DNA of 64,000 nt from Raja brachyura. Its lineage: Eukaryota. Where the stretch lies: positions 11,904,001 through 11,968,000 of the forward strand of contig OY740821.1 of assembly GCA_963514005.1 (NCBI GenBank), written 5' to 3'. Below are positions 49,153 through 62,053 of this stretch, piece by piece (within the stretch, counting starts at the first letter, position 1; each line of letters starts with the position of its first letter). The notes beneath the pieces were generated by a model. It saw nothing but the letters and a program-made list of their open reading frames with translations, was not told the origin of the DNA and did no database searches. Both the position numbers and the translations under genes were made by a program.

Positions 49153-52100
49153 GTAAGTAACATTTTAAGTGAATTAAATATTTTTCTGCAATATGTTATG
49201 GTGGGGTTGGGGTAGGGTATCCACCTTTTATCTCATTGTATGTTTGTCTGTTCCCCCATAGTTCACACCTACTGTCTCTAAGCACCTGCTGTCATCCACA
49301 ACAGTGGCACCAATTGTCACATCACAGACTGTTATCCTGTTGAGGTACCAAAGTATTTCAGCTATCTAAAATTTGGCTTTTCTTTTACTTTCCATCATAT
49401 GTGACTATAATTTTACCGTTCTTGTAGTTGGTGAAGATACTAGCTTTGAGTTGGGAAGTGACTGGGTGATCAGAGAGAATGACTTCTTGGTGAGCCTGTT
49501 AAACGATCATGGTCCTCAACCACACACCTGCAAGTGTGGTTGTGGTGGTTTCACTTTCACTATTCCAACAACTGTCTTTGAGAAGGCTTGTTTGTTGCAA
49601 AGGTGACAGTGGATAAGCTGCAATGCGACCGTCCAGCTTGTGTCCCCAATTGTGTTTTGGCATCTTAATCAAGTGTAACATGCTGACCATATTAAGTGTG
49701 TAACAAGGGGAAGAAATGTAGTCGGCATTCGACTATCTGGTTCCATTTTCAAAATGGCCGTTTGTGTTAAATTCCAAGGATGTCTTCCAACACATTTTAC
49801 CTGTAGTTCACAGGTGTCTAAATTAATTGGATTTGCAGTACCAATCTATAGTGAGCTTGGCATACCAGCCTGCGATCTTTAGTACCCCAGGATGAAACGG
49901 AGGAAAGTAAAATTAAGTTGTTTCCTGTAAATTCCCAACACCTAGATCCCTTGTTGCAAGACTTTTAAGGTGTGGCTAGCTCTGGGGTTTTAAAAAAGGT
50001 CAAGTCCAGAAACCTCAGTGAATTTTGTAAAGCCATTGTCCTTTGTTCTATTTGGCAAAACTGCCTAATTTGACACATTTAATTTCCACATCTAGGTTAT
50101 GTTAACTAAACTTAGTGGTAGAAGCAATGTGGGTGCTGCAGGTAATCTGCATGCCAGGGCTAAGAAGGGCAAGGTTGGCCAGCATTCCTAGCAATTGCCA
50201 ACGAGTAACTGAGGTTGGGGGGAAATAAATTGATACGGAGCCAAAGCAAATACTGTATATTCAACATTTTGAAGCCCGAGGCAACTTTTCTTCAACTTCT
50301 ACAGCCATGACACTTCAAAGAGCTGGTGTGGCCAGTTGATTTTTAAGAAGAATAGAAGGTTACCCTCTTGGCCATTCCTCATGACAAGCTCCAGAATAGC
50401 ACTGAAAGCTTGCAGGCAGATTGCTTGCGGTTTTTTTTTTGGTCTTGCGGCAACCAAGCATAGAATGGGAAAACCTCTCCTTTATCTCCCTCTTAATTTT
50501 CCCAGCTTCCGAGATAACTAACTTGCTGAGGTTCTCCGCCCAGAACTAACTGTGACATTCAGCACAAGCCCATATGGACTCTGCCTGCTGCTGCTAGTTT
50601 CCCCTATTCCTGTTCTTGCTACAGTCGAACCTGGAATGTAGTGTGACTAATTTCCACAAATTGTGCCTATATCCTCAAGTCATTCAGGAGCTCCAAAAAA
50701 TATGCTTGGCAAACATTTGTAATTGGACACACATGTTAATTATTATAAACTATGGCTAATTTTTATTTTGCAATGTACAAAAGTAAAGGGATAAAACGGT
50801 TATTATTTTAAGCCTACTTCATTAGGGGAGGCATAATTTTGAAATGTGCATTACATGTATTGTCCAATCTTTGTGCAAAATCGCTACGCTGAATTTCTAA
50901 GCATGTATCTACTGCATTATAAAAGGAGTCAGTTGAGTGTTTATTATTTTCTCTTGAGAAATAATGCACTCCTGATTCCACGCTTGTTCACTGCGCAAAG
51001 TAGGTTTATTGTGCAAAAAAATTAAGGCTCATTCTTATAGGAATAATGACATATTTCCATCCAATGCAAGCCGACCTTTCCATCGGTGCACCACGCTCCC
51101 CCCTCTGTTCTCATCTGGAGACCTTCATAAGTGCACATATTCATTGTGCACCACTCGTAATAGTGTGCAAATGCGTTATGTGTGAAGCTGTTATTAAAAA
51201 TATTTCACACAAAAAATAGCATTGGACTAATACTTCCATCGTGAAGCCATGAGATTTGAATTCTAGTAAAATCACTTGGCACTGTGGATATCAAAGCCAG
51301 CAAAAACTGCAGGGCTTCATTGCAAATTGCAGCAAAGAAATGGTGTGAAGAAAGCACAAGAAAATGGGTGGCGTTTAGTGGAATGGTTCTCTGCTTCAAA
51401 GTTCTCAATGCAGAGTTTTAGATGTCAGTCTGCCAATGATGGGGAAGTTTTAACTGGTGGGTGACGATAGTGGACAAGGAAACTTCAGCTTGTTGGATTT
51501 TGGGCTGCAGTTGGAGAGGATGCTTGTGTGGCTACGAAAGATGGCGGTTGAGCGCAGAACTGCAAATGGGGTCATGAAGCTAGAGTTAGACTGTGGGATA
51601 GGTTTAGCAGCCAGCAAGTGGGATGAAATGGAATTGGAGAAGAGATGGCTTTGGGAGGGGAAGTGCAAGGTTTTTTTGGGGGTAGAGGAGTGATCCTTTG
51701 GCAGAATTGGTGGGTTTTTTAAAAATGTAGACAGGATTCTGGCCCTTTGTCCTGCCATTTTCCCTAGGTGATTTGCAGTGCAAAGTGTATGTGATGTTTA
51801 ATGTAATAAATGCAGCATGTTTGAAGTCCTGAGACCATGTATTTAATTTCATAGCTGGAGGTTTGTATTTGCCTCCTTTGATTTTAATTAATATATCTGC
51901 CCCATGTGTCACTGCATACTTATACTGGCTTTCGCCATGACCTGAATCTCAGTGCTGCATATGGTATATTTGTCTCTAGTGTGAGTAGGATAGTGTTGTT
52001 ATGCGGGGATTGCTGGTCGGTGTGGATTCAGTGGGCTGAAGAGCCTGTTTCTGAACTGTTTCTCTAAACCAGCACCATGACTACTGCCAGCAGCCTTTCA

Positions 52101-52990
52101 TGAGGGAAACATCTTACCAGAGCTATCTTGGTAAGATGTTTGTACCATTTATCCCAGTAAAGCCCTATTCATTTCCAAATGATTTTAACAATAAGTTTAA
52201 TTATAAATATTTTTTCCAATGTGCTCTCGCTCCTTTTCCATCAGTAGTTTTGGAAGACGCCTCTTCCGCAGCAGGGTGCATGCAGAAACTATTGTCTGAT
52301 ATGCATTAACATTTTCCCCATGACTTCCACCTTGGAGCAGAAGCTACCTTTTACATATTACCAAAAGTTGGATTTACATACCAATAGATACAGCCCCTTT
52401 GTTCCAGGAAAAATCCCATCTTTTTATTTTCCCAATTGTAGGATCTGATCTATAAGGGAACAATCTGCCCTTGTGACAACTCATTCAAGTGGTCATGGTT
52501 CCTGTTAATAATTGATGTTATTCAGTTGAGAGGCATCACTGTCAAACCCGATCCTGTATTCATTTTGGTGAGGCAGCAAAACGGAGCAAATGGGAGATGT
52601 GATTTATCAGGTCCCATTCAGTAGTATGCCAAGGGCTCGTTGGGGAAGATAGTTTTTAATACATTGAATGGCTTTGAGTCTTTTCTTCCCAACCCTACAT
52701 TTATTGGAGAAATGGAGTTGTCACTCTTTAGAGGATGACATGTGCTGCAAAGGTTCTGGGTTGTGCACAGGATCAGCTTGGGTTAGAGTTGTTCCCAGTT
52801 GGTTTGTTGACTAGGTCAGACACGGAACATGGGTCACTTCAATTCAGTGGGTTAGTGCCAGTGAAACAGTTGTTGGGCAAGAGTTGGGAGAGAAAGGGAG
52901 CAAGTCTGGGGAAATAGAACTTTGTTGTAACATAATCTGATTGTATCCCAGTTCGCATGGCCTGTTATTATCTGTATTTGTTGTGTGCAG

Positions 52991-53465
52991 GTACGAGAAC
53001 AAGTTTGTGAAGTTTTTCAAAAGCAAACCAGACCTGCCGCCAGGCCTTAACGCAGATGAATCCGACAAAAGCAAGCAGCAACAGTCCAAGCAGGACGGAG
53101 AGCTAGCTGGGTTGTCCAAGTCAGCTAAACGCAACCTCAAGCGCAAAGAGAAGCGCAAACAGCAGCAGGAATGTGACGGCACCGCCGAGGCCGATGAGCT
53201 GAGCCAAACATTGCAGAAAACCACCATTGCTGGTGGCAGTGGCAATCCAAGCCCGCTGGCGGCTGCTGCACTGCAGGGGGACCACGAGGGAGCAGAGAAG
53301 GCAAAAAAGGTAAAAAATCTCAAAAAAAAGCTGCGCCAAATCGATGAACTACAGCAAAAGCTAGACTCTGGTGAGATTAAGCAGGCAACCAAGGAGCAGC
53401 TGGAAAAGCTGAGCCGCCGAAAACAGCTGATGGAGGAGCTGGAGGATTTGGAACTGGGTTTATAG
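52991..53465 (+). CDS. PYM1: PYM1 exon 3 (C-terminal coiled-coil/ribosome-binding region)
   Basis: gtgcag|G TAC; [19 protein letters not shown]...[15 protein letters not shown]...[16 protein letters not shown]...[10 protein letters not shown]. Confidence 0.97.
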
Positions 53466-55814
53466 GGGAAATGTGTACGCTTCCAAGGATGCGGGGAGTG
53501 TCATGATTCCATATCCATGCCAAGTAACTGTCAGACAATAAATGGGTATGCATCCGACTGAGATCAAGGATCACTCAATGGGACGTCAATGCCCATGCTG
53601 GTCCCTGTAATTGTGCGGCCTTTCAAGTTAGTTTTAACAGAACTGATGGAACTATTTTTTAAACACTCCTTCGTACGTGCAAGAAAGTGATATGGGATTA
53701 ATGTACTGTACAGACTGTCAATAGACTGAATTTGGTCTTCGCTGTTACACTACGTGACTTTGTGCTGCACCTCTCGCTGTGTGCTCGTCCTGAACCAGGG
53801 GCTCGCCATGCTGAGAAGTCTGGAAATCATCTCGGGTGCTTTCCACGTAATGGAGGAAAAACCAATCCAGTGTTTAATTCGCCAGCAATGGTTCTGGCAC
53901 TTTCTTTTCCCCCACCTCCTTTCCAAGTTTCTCGTCTTTTGTGCATTGAATTTGGATTGACAAGCAAATTTAATGATGGGGAATAAGATGTATCATCAAA
54001 TGGGAACATTGAAATCAAAATGACCCTCTTTGGGATGCTATTGCACTAAATGATATCTGCTGGTTATCTTTCGAATTGTGCTTGCTCCCATTGTTGGGGG
54101 ATAATTAATTGATATTTGTATGACTCCCATGCGGTGAACTCTTGTCTAAAGGTTTTAATAAAATCATTTTTCTGTGTGCCCTTAAGTTGCGGAGTGAGCA
54201 TGATCAAAGATATTTCTTCTGTATACAAGTGGCAGCTATGCTTCACTGGCATAACTAACTATACAATGCATTAGTGATTTGAGCTAAATGAATTCAATGC
54301 TACTGTTAGCTTGTTTTCTTATTTTTGATTTTCTGTTTGTGTAATTGGTATCATTTCATAGTCGTGCCATTTTCTTCGTGGACCACAAGCTGTTCCGAGT
54401 AATTGAAGCTCGACCGACACTCCAGCTTCTGCACTAATTCATTCCACAGTGAAGTTCTTTGCCACACATCTTGGGGACAAGGCGCAAAGTGAATGCAAAT
54501 CTCCCAAGTTGCTCATCTGCATTGAATGCAGATGTGCATGGAGTTAGGCTGGTACCTGCACACTTACTACCGTGTGGCACTCGCGTGGGAACGAAACATT
54601 TCTCCGCTGACAATGATGTGATGTAAAACTTTTCTTTTCACACCAATAATACATGCATGTTACATATATTCATACCTTCTGAATTTGTAGTCGGCAGGGC
54701 AGTACTCTGCATGCCACCATAGATAGTAAGGCCTCTGTAAAGACAGTTGAGATTAGAGGAATGGTGGCATAGCACTTTTCTGGATTCATTGCCAATCAGC
54801 GCAATGTATTGGCTGCAGATGGGTACAGGCGTTGGTGTGGTATTGGCAGTCTTGCGGCTGAATGGCAACACGATGAGATTGGCAAAAGAGACCTGAACTG
54901 GTAGAGTTGGTTCACTTTGGAGTGGATGTCCACTCAATGATATATGCAGGTAATGTATCTTGTCAGCGCACGGCGTCGGTACTGTAATACAAGCAGAGGT
55001 CAAGGATGGCTTTTATAATGGTTTGTATTCAGCGAAAATGTCCATGTATTGGCTAATGCTTAATAGCCATATGTTCATGTTAATTCTGCCCATTGTAATG
55101 GGAATACCAAAATCAGCACCCAGTGTTTTTTTTAATATACTTTAATAGATAATTTATTTTGACGGTTTTTAAATTGAAACTTAGGAAAACTGCCAATTCT
55201 GTTTGGGAATTGCCATTGACTTTTTAACATGTGCTGTACATTTTCGATACACGTTTAGGAAATAACGCATAGTTATGTGAAGGAAATAGTTAGCCTAGAA
55301 TGATTAAGGGAGGTAGCAGCTGATGGTCAGTATATATTTGAAGGTGTGTTTGTCTAAGTTGGAATCTTGTTTAACTATGACTCGGTGGTCCAGTTGAATA
55401 ATCAAGGATTTGACGTTCAGAATGAAGGTTTGAAGTGCCCGGTACATTAGTTCATTTTTAACAAGGGTCTCTACCGGGGGCACAAGAACTGTTGCCATTA
55501 CAAATTCTCGTATTCCATGTGGTTCTTTTCTAGTTTCTTGCACAGTCATGCTGCCATAGTGTCTGCGGTAGTTCAGTCGGCTGGTATTAGCTCACCTCTG
55601 CGACCAACAGAATGGGAATTTGTGGAGTACAAGGCATCACTTAAATGTTGTTAGAAAATTTATATCGGAACTTGTGTGATAGAAACCTGCTTTGGTTACT
55701 GTGAACTTTGGACCAAATCAGTCAGAAATGCGTGAACTTGGAACAATGTGCTGCTATAATATGAAGTGATGCGAAGTTCATGCCGTCAATTCCTTGTAGC
55801 TCAGGTGAATGACA

Positions 55815-56025
55815 ATAGACAATAGGTGCGGGAGTAGGCCATTCGGCCCTTCGAGACAGCACCGCCATTCAATGTGATCATGGCTGATCATCCCCAAACA
55901 GTACCCCGTTCCTGCCTTCTCCCCATATCCCCTGACTCCGCTATTTTTAAGAGCCCTATCTAGCTAACTCTTGAAAGCATCCAGAGAATCTGCCTCCACC
56001 CTCTGAGGCAGAGAATTCCACAGAA
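55815..56025 (-). mobile_element. CR1/HER1 LINE 3' end
   Basis: GGAGTAGGCCATTCGGCCCTTCGAG..CATGGCTGATCATCC..GAATTCCACAGA. Confidence 0.8.
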
Positions 56026-57104
56026 TGGGAGATTGTTTTTCTCCTGAGGAAGACTGGGTATATTAAAAGATGCTGTAACTTTGGTTTAGGTACCAGAGAA
56101 ACACCCAGAGTTCTTGACCTGAATTTGAATCCTGTCGTGGCAGCTGGGAAACTTAGATTGGAGTGATGAATAAATCGAGTATTTAAGGAAAGCGCTAGCC
56201 TTGGTAATTGTAACCATGAAGCTACTGGATTGTTGTAAAAGACCCACCTGGTTCGCTAAAGTCCCTCGGGGAAAGAAATCTGTCATACTTACCTGGTCTG
56301 GTAATACTCCAATTGACCATCCAAAATCGACGCCTCAGCAGGGCCAATCAGGAATGGATGATGAATATTGGCATTGCAGTGATGTCCACATTCCATGAAT
56401 GAAATGTTAAACAAATTCTGAGAATCAGTTTTCCCATCTAAGAGGCATATAGAGTAGAATCAAGGAACTACAGATGCTGGTTTGCACAAAAGGACATGGA
56501 GTGCTAGAGTAACTAAGCAGGTCAAGCGGCATCTCTGGAGAACATGGACACACTAGCAGAAGCCTTGTTGCAGCACAGCAGTAGAGTTACTGCTATAGAC
56601 TCTGGTTTGATCCTGACTACCAGTGCTGTCGATACAGAGTTCTCCCCGAGACCTGCGTGGGTTTTCACCGGGATCTCTGGTTTCCTCCCGCACTCCAAAG
56701 GCGTACAGGTTTGTATGTGAATTGGCTTGGACATTGAAAATGAATGAATGATACTTTATTTTGACTGTGGCTAAAACTGAGCCCGCAAATGTGTTTCTAA
56801 AAATTGTATCAGGATGAGATGAGCAAATCAAAAATACTCAGTTTTAGATCCCGTGATCTTCTTTCCCCCCCCCCCCCCTCAAGCCTTCAGGTCGAGTTTG
56901 CTGCTTAGTTTCTCCTCAGACAATCTTGATGCTCATTTACTTTGAGCACGAGTGATTGGGAGAAAAGCTCTATGCTGCCGTTTTCCTTTTCTAGCTGAGG
57001 CCGTTGATGTCCATTTGTGGTCGCTCTGTAGATGACTTGGCAGAGAGTAGTTAGCTCAGCCCACTTCAAAAAGTGACTCTGATATTTTCTGCTTGCTACA
57101 GTTA

Positions 57105-57416
57105 AGAGCCTGTCCCACTTTCCCGAGTTATTCACAAATTCTCCCGACTTTTCAAACTCGCAGAATGTTCGTAACAAGTCTGTAGGAGTACATGGATATA
57201 TCGTAGCGGCTCGTTATGCCAGCCGTAGGTACTTGGGGCTATTTTTTTTAAACTTGTGGACATTTTTCATCGTGCTGAAAAAACGTCCCGATTTACCTGA
57301 TGCCCCGCCTACCTACGGCTGGCATAACGAGCCGCTACGACATATCCACAGACTCGTTACGAGCATTCTGCGAGTTTGAGAATTCAGGAATAACTCGGGA
57401 AAGTGGGACAGGCCCT
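57105..57416. mobile_element. PIF/Harbinger-type MITE copy D
   Basis: TTA|AGAGCCTGTCCCACTTTCCCGAGTTATTC...GAATAACTCGGGAAAGTGGGACAGGCCCT|TTA. Confidence 0.85.
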
Positions 57417-58597
57417 TTAAGCATACACAGAGCTATGTCTGTGGTACTTCATAGACGGCATCAGGGTTTGATCCCAGCAGAGGCAGAATTGTTTGTATCT
57501 TTGTACCGCCCATTGTGGAACTAAACCTGAATCTGGTTCAAGGCAGTTGGGACTTCTAGTGGTCATCCCGTGGTTCTTGGCACTGGAGTATTAACTTTTA
57601 ACAGGATTTTAATTTCAAAGAAAAATGGAAATGATTTTACTGTAAGTAACTATCAGAAATGTGTTGCTTGCTGTGTGTGATGTGTGGACTATTGGTGACT
57701 GGTTAAAAACACTTCCAAAACTAGTGAATAAAAGTTGAAACGTTATCAATCAAAGCTTGTGGTTGCTTGCTTTTAATTGGTTTTGTTTTCATAAAGTGGT
57801 TGGATGGGTTGGTACTTTGTGCCATCTTAATGGAGAACCAGCCAGAAAAATATTAGTCCCACTTTGATACATTATAAGATGGCTGGCTTAAAGAATCAAA
57901 GGTGCAATACGAGTCATCTTGGACCACCAAGTGCCTGGATATGGTGTCAAATTCAAATTCTATATGATACGACCAATACTTAACACTGCAAATGTCAGCT
58001 TTGATCCAGTGGTCTGAGTCTGTCACTTTAAACTCATGCACTGGGCATGGAATTTTGTTCACTACTCCACAGTATTGAGTATTGTGCATCGAAGCAATGT
58101 CTTGTCTCCTTCTCCACTGATCGCAAATCATGCATTGGTACTATTTGAAAGGGGGTTTCTTGGCCGGGGGGGGGAATTATTAATCCCTTGATCAACATCT
58201 CAATAGATCAATTTGTTATCACTGGGAGATTGTTCTGTGAAAATTGCCTCTCTCATTTCCTACAGTACAATACCTCAAATTAACTTTTGCTGCAAAACAC
58301 TCATGTTCAGAAGAAGCAGAGGGTTGTACGGAGACACATAACTTTCTTGTGGAAGATCATCCTGAAATTGTATGACTTAAATGGCCGCTTGAATATCTTT
58401 CGTTCTAAAGTAAGAGATTCCATTCTGCAAGTAGGTAGTCGGGGAGGTAGAAAGATCTTGTGTCCCATTTCTCATGTCTGAGTAAATTGATCTTGGCCAA
58501 AAGGCCGATGCAAGGTAAAGACTAAAGGACTTTGACTGAAATCTGAAATTTAAACAGAAACCGTAAGAATCAAAGTCCGTAACATGTGTGGATAAAA

Positions 58598-58877
58598 AGG
58601 GCCTGTCCCATGATGCGAGTTTACCCAAGAGCTCTCCCGAGTTAAAAAAAAAAGAACTTGTGGTAAGTACGTAGAATGTACGTCTGAGCCTGTGGATGTC
58701 TCGTAGCAGCTCGTAATGCTAACGGCAGGTACTCGGGGAAACGCGATAACTTGTGAAGTTTTTTCAACACTGAAAAAGGTCCAAGAGTAAAAAAATACCT
58801 GTGATCAAGTACCATAAGTTTGATTTTTTTTAACTCGGGAGAGCTCTTGGGTAAACTCACCTCGTGGGACAGGCCCT
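58598..58877. mobile_element. PIF/Harbinger-type MITE copy E
   Basis: AGGGCCTGTCCCA..GAGTTTACCCAAGAGCTCTCCCGAGTTAAAAAAA with a complementary right arm ending GGGACAGGCCCT; TSD not intact. Confidence 0.8.
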
Positions 58878-59429
58878 TGAGTCTCTAATAATATAAGGTT
58901 CTGCAATTGGATTGTGCCTTATCACGGAAAGGAAAACCTTCTCTTGGATGGTGAAGGCCAGACCCAAGTAGCATCGACTCTGGGTGATCTACCAGAGAAT
59001 GGCAGCATCCAATTGATTAACTACATCAATAAGAAGTTGGTTATCTGATAGAAAATGTAAAAACGGTTATCCATAAGCATACATTTCAATACAGTTTAAG
59101 TTAAAGCTTTACATTGTGCTATTAGTACAAACATTAAATTCTGGTATTAGTGGAATGCATCTACCACAGGTTTCTGTGTGGCCACTGACAAGTTGTGATG
59201 TCTTGTAAAATGTCTGACTCATCCTAGTGCGCCAACAGGTTGTTCAATGCTTATTGCCTTATCAGATGTAGCAGACGTAAGGTGCAAATTCACTTCTGTA
59301 AACCGTCATGATCAGCAGTGAGTCAGAGGAAAGGCAATTTTAAAATGGAGGATGGATTTGAGAGAGTGCGGGGACATTTTTCCTTCCACGATGGGTATGA
59401 AGTTGGTTTTGTGGGTAACAAGGAAGGTG

Positions 59430-59885
59430 AAGTTCACGAGAGGGATGGCGGGACTGTCATATGAGGAAAGATTGAAAAGACTAGGCTTGTATTCACTGGA
59501 GTTTAGAAGGATGAGGGGGATCTTATTAGAAACATATACATTATAAAAGGACTGGACAAGCTAGGTGCAGGAAAAATGTTCCCAATGTTGGGCGAGTCCA
59601 GAACCAGGGGCCACAGTCTTAGAATAAAGAGGAGATCATTTAAGACTGAGGTGAGAAAAAACTTTTTCACCCAGAGAGTTGTGAATTTGTGGAATTCCCT
59701 GCCACAGAGGACAGTGGAGGCCAAGTCACTGGATGGATTTAAGAGAGAGTTAGATAGAGCTCTAGGGGCAAGTGGAGTCAAGGGATTTGGGGGGGGAAGG
59801 CAGGCACGGGTTATTGATAGGGAATGATCACAATGAATGGCGGTGCTGGCTCGAAGAGCCTCCTCCTGCACCTATTTTCTATGTT
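59430..59885 (+). mobile_element. CR1/HER1 LINE 3' fragment
   Basis: GMAGLSYEERLKRLGLYSLEFRRMRG and SRTRGHSLRI..RKNFFTQRVVNLWNSLPQ..FKRELD. Confidence 0.9.
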
Positions 59886-59989
59886 TAGTGAATGGAGATC
59901 TCGGGGAAGAGGTGGTCATGAGAGATGATGCAGCCAAGGAAATTGAAAACTAAACGCTGATATTTCTATACAATCATTTACAACATTGG

Positions 59990-60362
59990 AACTTCCTAAA
60001 ATACTATCCAACTTTAAAATGGAGTCACCGTTGTCACATGGGAAGCACATCAAAAGCTTATTGTGTGCAACTAACTCCAGTAAATGGGAATATCATAACT
60101 TTATTCGAGACATTGGGGATAGGTATTGGCAAAGACATGGGAGAACTCCCTTGCTCTTAAATAGTGCTGCAGCATATTTACCCCTCACCTGAGGGAGAAG
60201 ATAAGACCTTTGTTTCTCATCTCATTCACAAAGCAGTATTTCAGATGATGCGTTGTTTTATCAGGGTTACACTGATGTGTCAGCCCAGATCTCTCGAGTC
60301 TCTGGAGTTGGTCTTGAACCCACGACCTGCTGACTCTGGTAAGAGTGTTACCCGTGGAGCAC
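59990..60362 (-). mobile_element. DeuSINE (SacSINE1-like)
   Basis: CACCTGAGGG..TCTCAT..TGTCAGCCCAGAT..AGTCTCTGGAGTTGGTCTTGAACCCACGACC..TGACTCTGG..AGAGTGTTACC..GAGC (tRNA-like head on the minus strand). Confidence 0.65.
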
Positions 60363-61816
60363 ATTCACAAAATAGACGGGAGATCTTCACGCAGAATCCA
60401 TTCTAAAGGATTCCTTGCTTTTTAAACCATGCCTGTTTTGTATTTACACTTGTAAGCAAATCCATTGCAAGTGTAGCACTGGGTATTTTATATGTTAAGT
60501 ATCTGCGGCAGCAGACTTCTTGAAATGCTGTAGCCTTTGCATTCACTCTGCTTTTTAAGTACTGCCATCTGCATTCAGTCGATGGAGAAGGCATCATGGA
60601 TCTGTTAAAGTTGACTCAGTCGTCCTATGGGTTGTCCATGTGAAAAGTTTCACCCAAAATAACTAGATATGCAAAAGGACCGTTTGGTTTAGAGATATAG
60701 CGTGGAAACAGGCCCTTTGGCCCACCGAGTCCGCACAAGCTCCTTTGGGTCGTGGAAGGGGCTATTGGTGGCGTTGCTGGTGGGTGACTATTTCGGGGAG
60801 CAGTCAGTTTCTGGGCCGCTTGATGCAAGTCGACTTTGAATAACTGGGTGTTTGGCAAGGTGAATAGTTCTGACAGTTGAGAGCATAAACGAAATGGAAC
60901 AAATCCAATATTGAGAGGATAGAACGAAGTAAAAATAGAAAGGAAATTAATCGAGGAAGAATCATTGTATAGTTTGTCACTGCTAGTGATGCTAGGCTTG
61001 GCCTTGATTGCTTCTCATCAATATTCACGTCTTGTCAATATTCACTTCTGAGGCTCATGAAGTAAAGCCTTTTAGTGGGAGAAGCCGAGCGTTGCATACC
61101 CATAAGCTTGCAGATGGCCAGTCCATTTTAGTACTGTTGAAGTCAAAACACTTTGACTTGCAGTGTAAGAAATATATCGGGCAGATTGCAAAGAAGTTCC
61201 CAGAAGCAGCTCCAATATCAATTTGAAATTTAAACTATCAGTTTAGAATAATTGACATGAGGACAAATGGCAAAGCTTGGCAGCAAGTCGATGATGTACA
61301 GGTGCAATTAACATCTTACTTGCAGCAGCATCACCAGCCCATAGACGCAGACACTCGACAGCATAAGCCGAAAATGGTGTCTGCATTACCAGCTGCTGCT
61401 TTTGACTCTTCCTTTGCTAGCAGGGCAACTCTCAATCAGCTCTTTGACTCGAACCCATTGGTTTGGTTGCTGTCATTTGATTTGTCTCTTCTGCACATTT
61501 GTTCTTGTTGATCGTTGGTTAGGATAGAAATGTTGATGTGGCAGCACGTCCCAGTTTTCTCGATTTAAAATTTGAAAAATGCCGGATATGAATAATAATG
61601 AATAGCGCAGAGGATCTTGAATTCTGTCCACTTTAACCTAATGATTTGACGGGGATATTCAATCCAGGATGCAATTGGATTACAACTCGGGGAATATCCA
61701 TGGTGTCAGTATTTCCATAACTCTTCTGTAGTTTACTACAACACCACCAGTTATATTTGTAAAGCATTTTCAACAGCATAATGGCAGTGACATTAATACT
61801 AACTCCATAGACAATG

Positions 61817-62053
61817 GGTGGCACAGCATAACAGTAGAGCTACTGCCTTTCGACGTCAGAGACCCGGGTTGGTGCTGCCTGTGCGGCGCTTGTATGTTCT
61901 CCCGCACTCCAAAGATGCACAGGTTTGTAGGTTAATTGGCTTGGTATAAATGTAAAAAATCGTCCCTAGTGTGTAGGATAGTGTTGATGTGCGGGGATCG
62001 CTGGTCGGTGCGGACACGGTGGGTTGTTTTTGCGCTGTATCTCTAAATTAAAC
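61817..62053 (+). mobile_element. HE1/V-SINE (internally deleted)
   Basis: GGTGGCACAG..GACCCGGGTT..CCGCACTCCAAAGA..GTCCCTAGTGTGTAGGATAGTG..GCGCTGTATCTCTAAA. Confidence 0.75.

Noticed and set aside
52844-53392. 182-aa minus-strand ORF
   Set aside because: Antisense shadow of PYM1 exon 3; low-complexity S/C/L/F composition.
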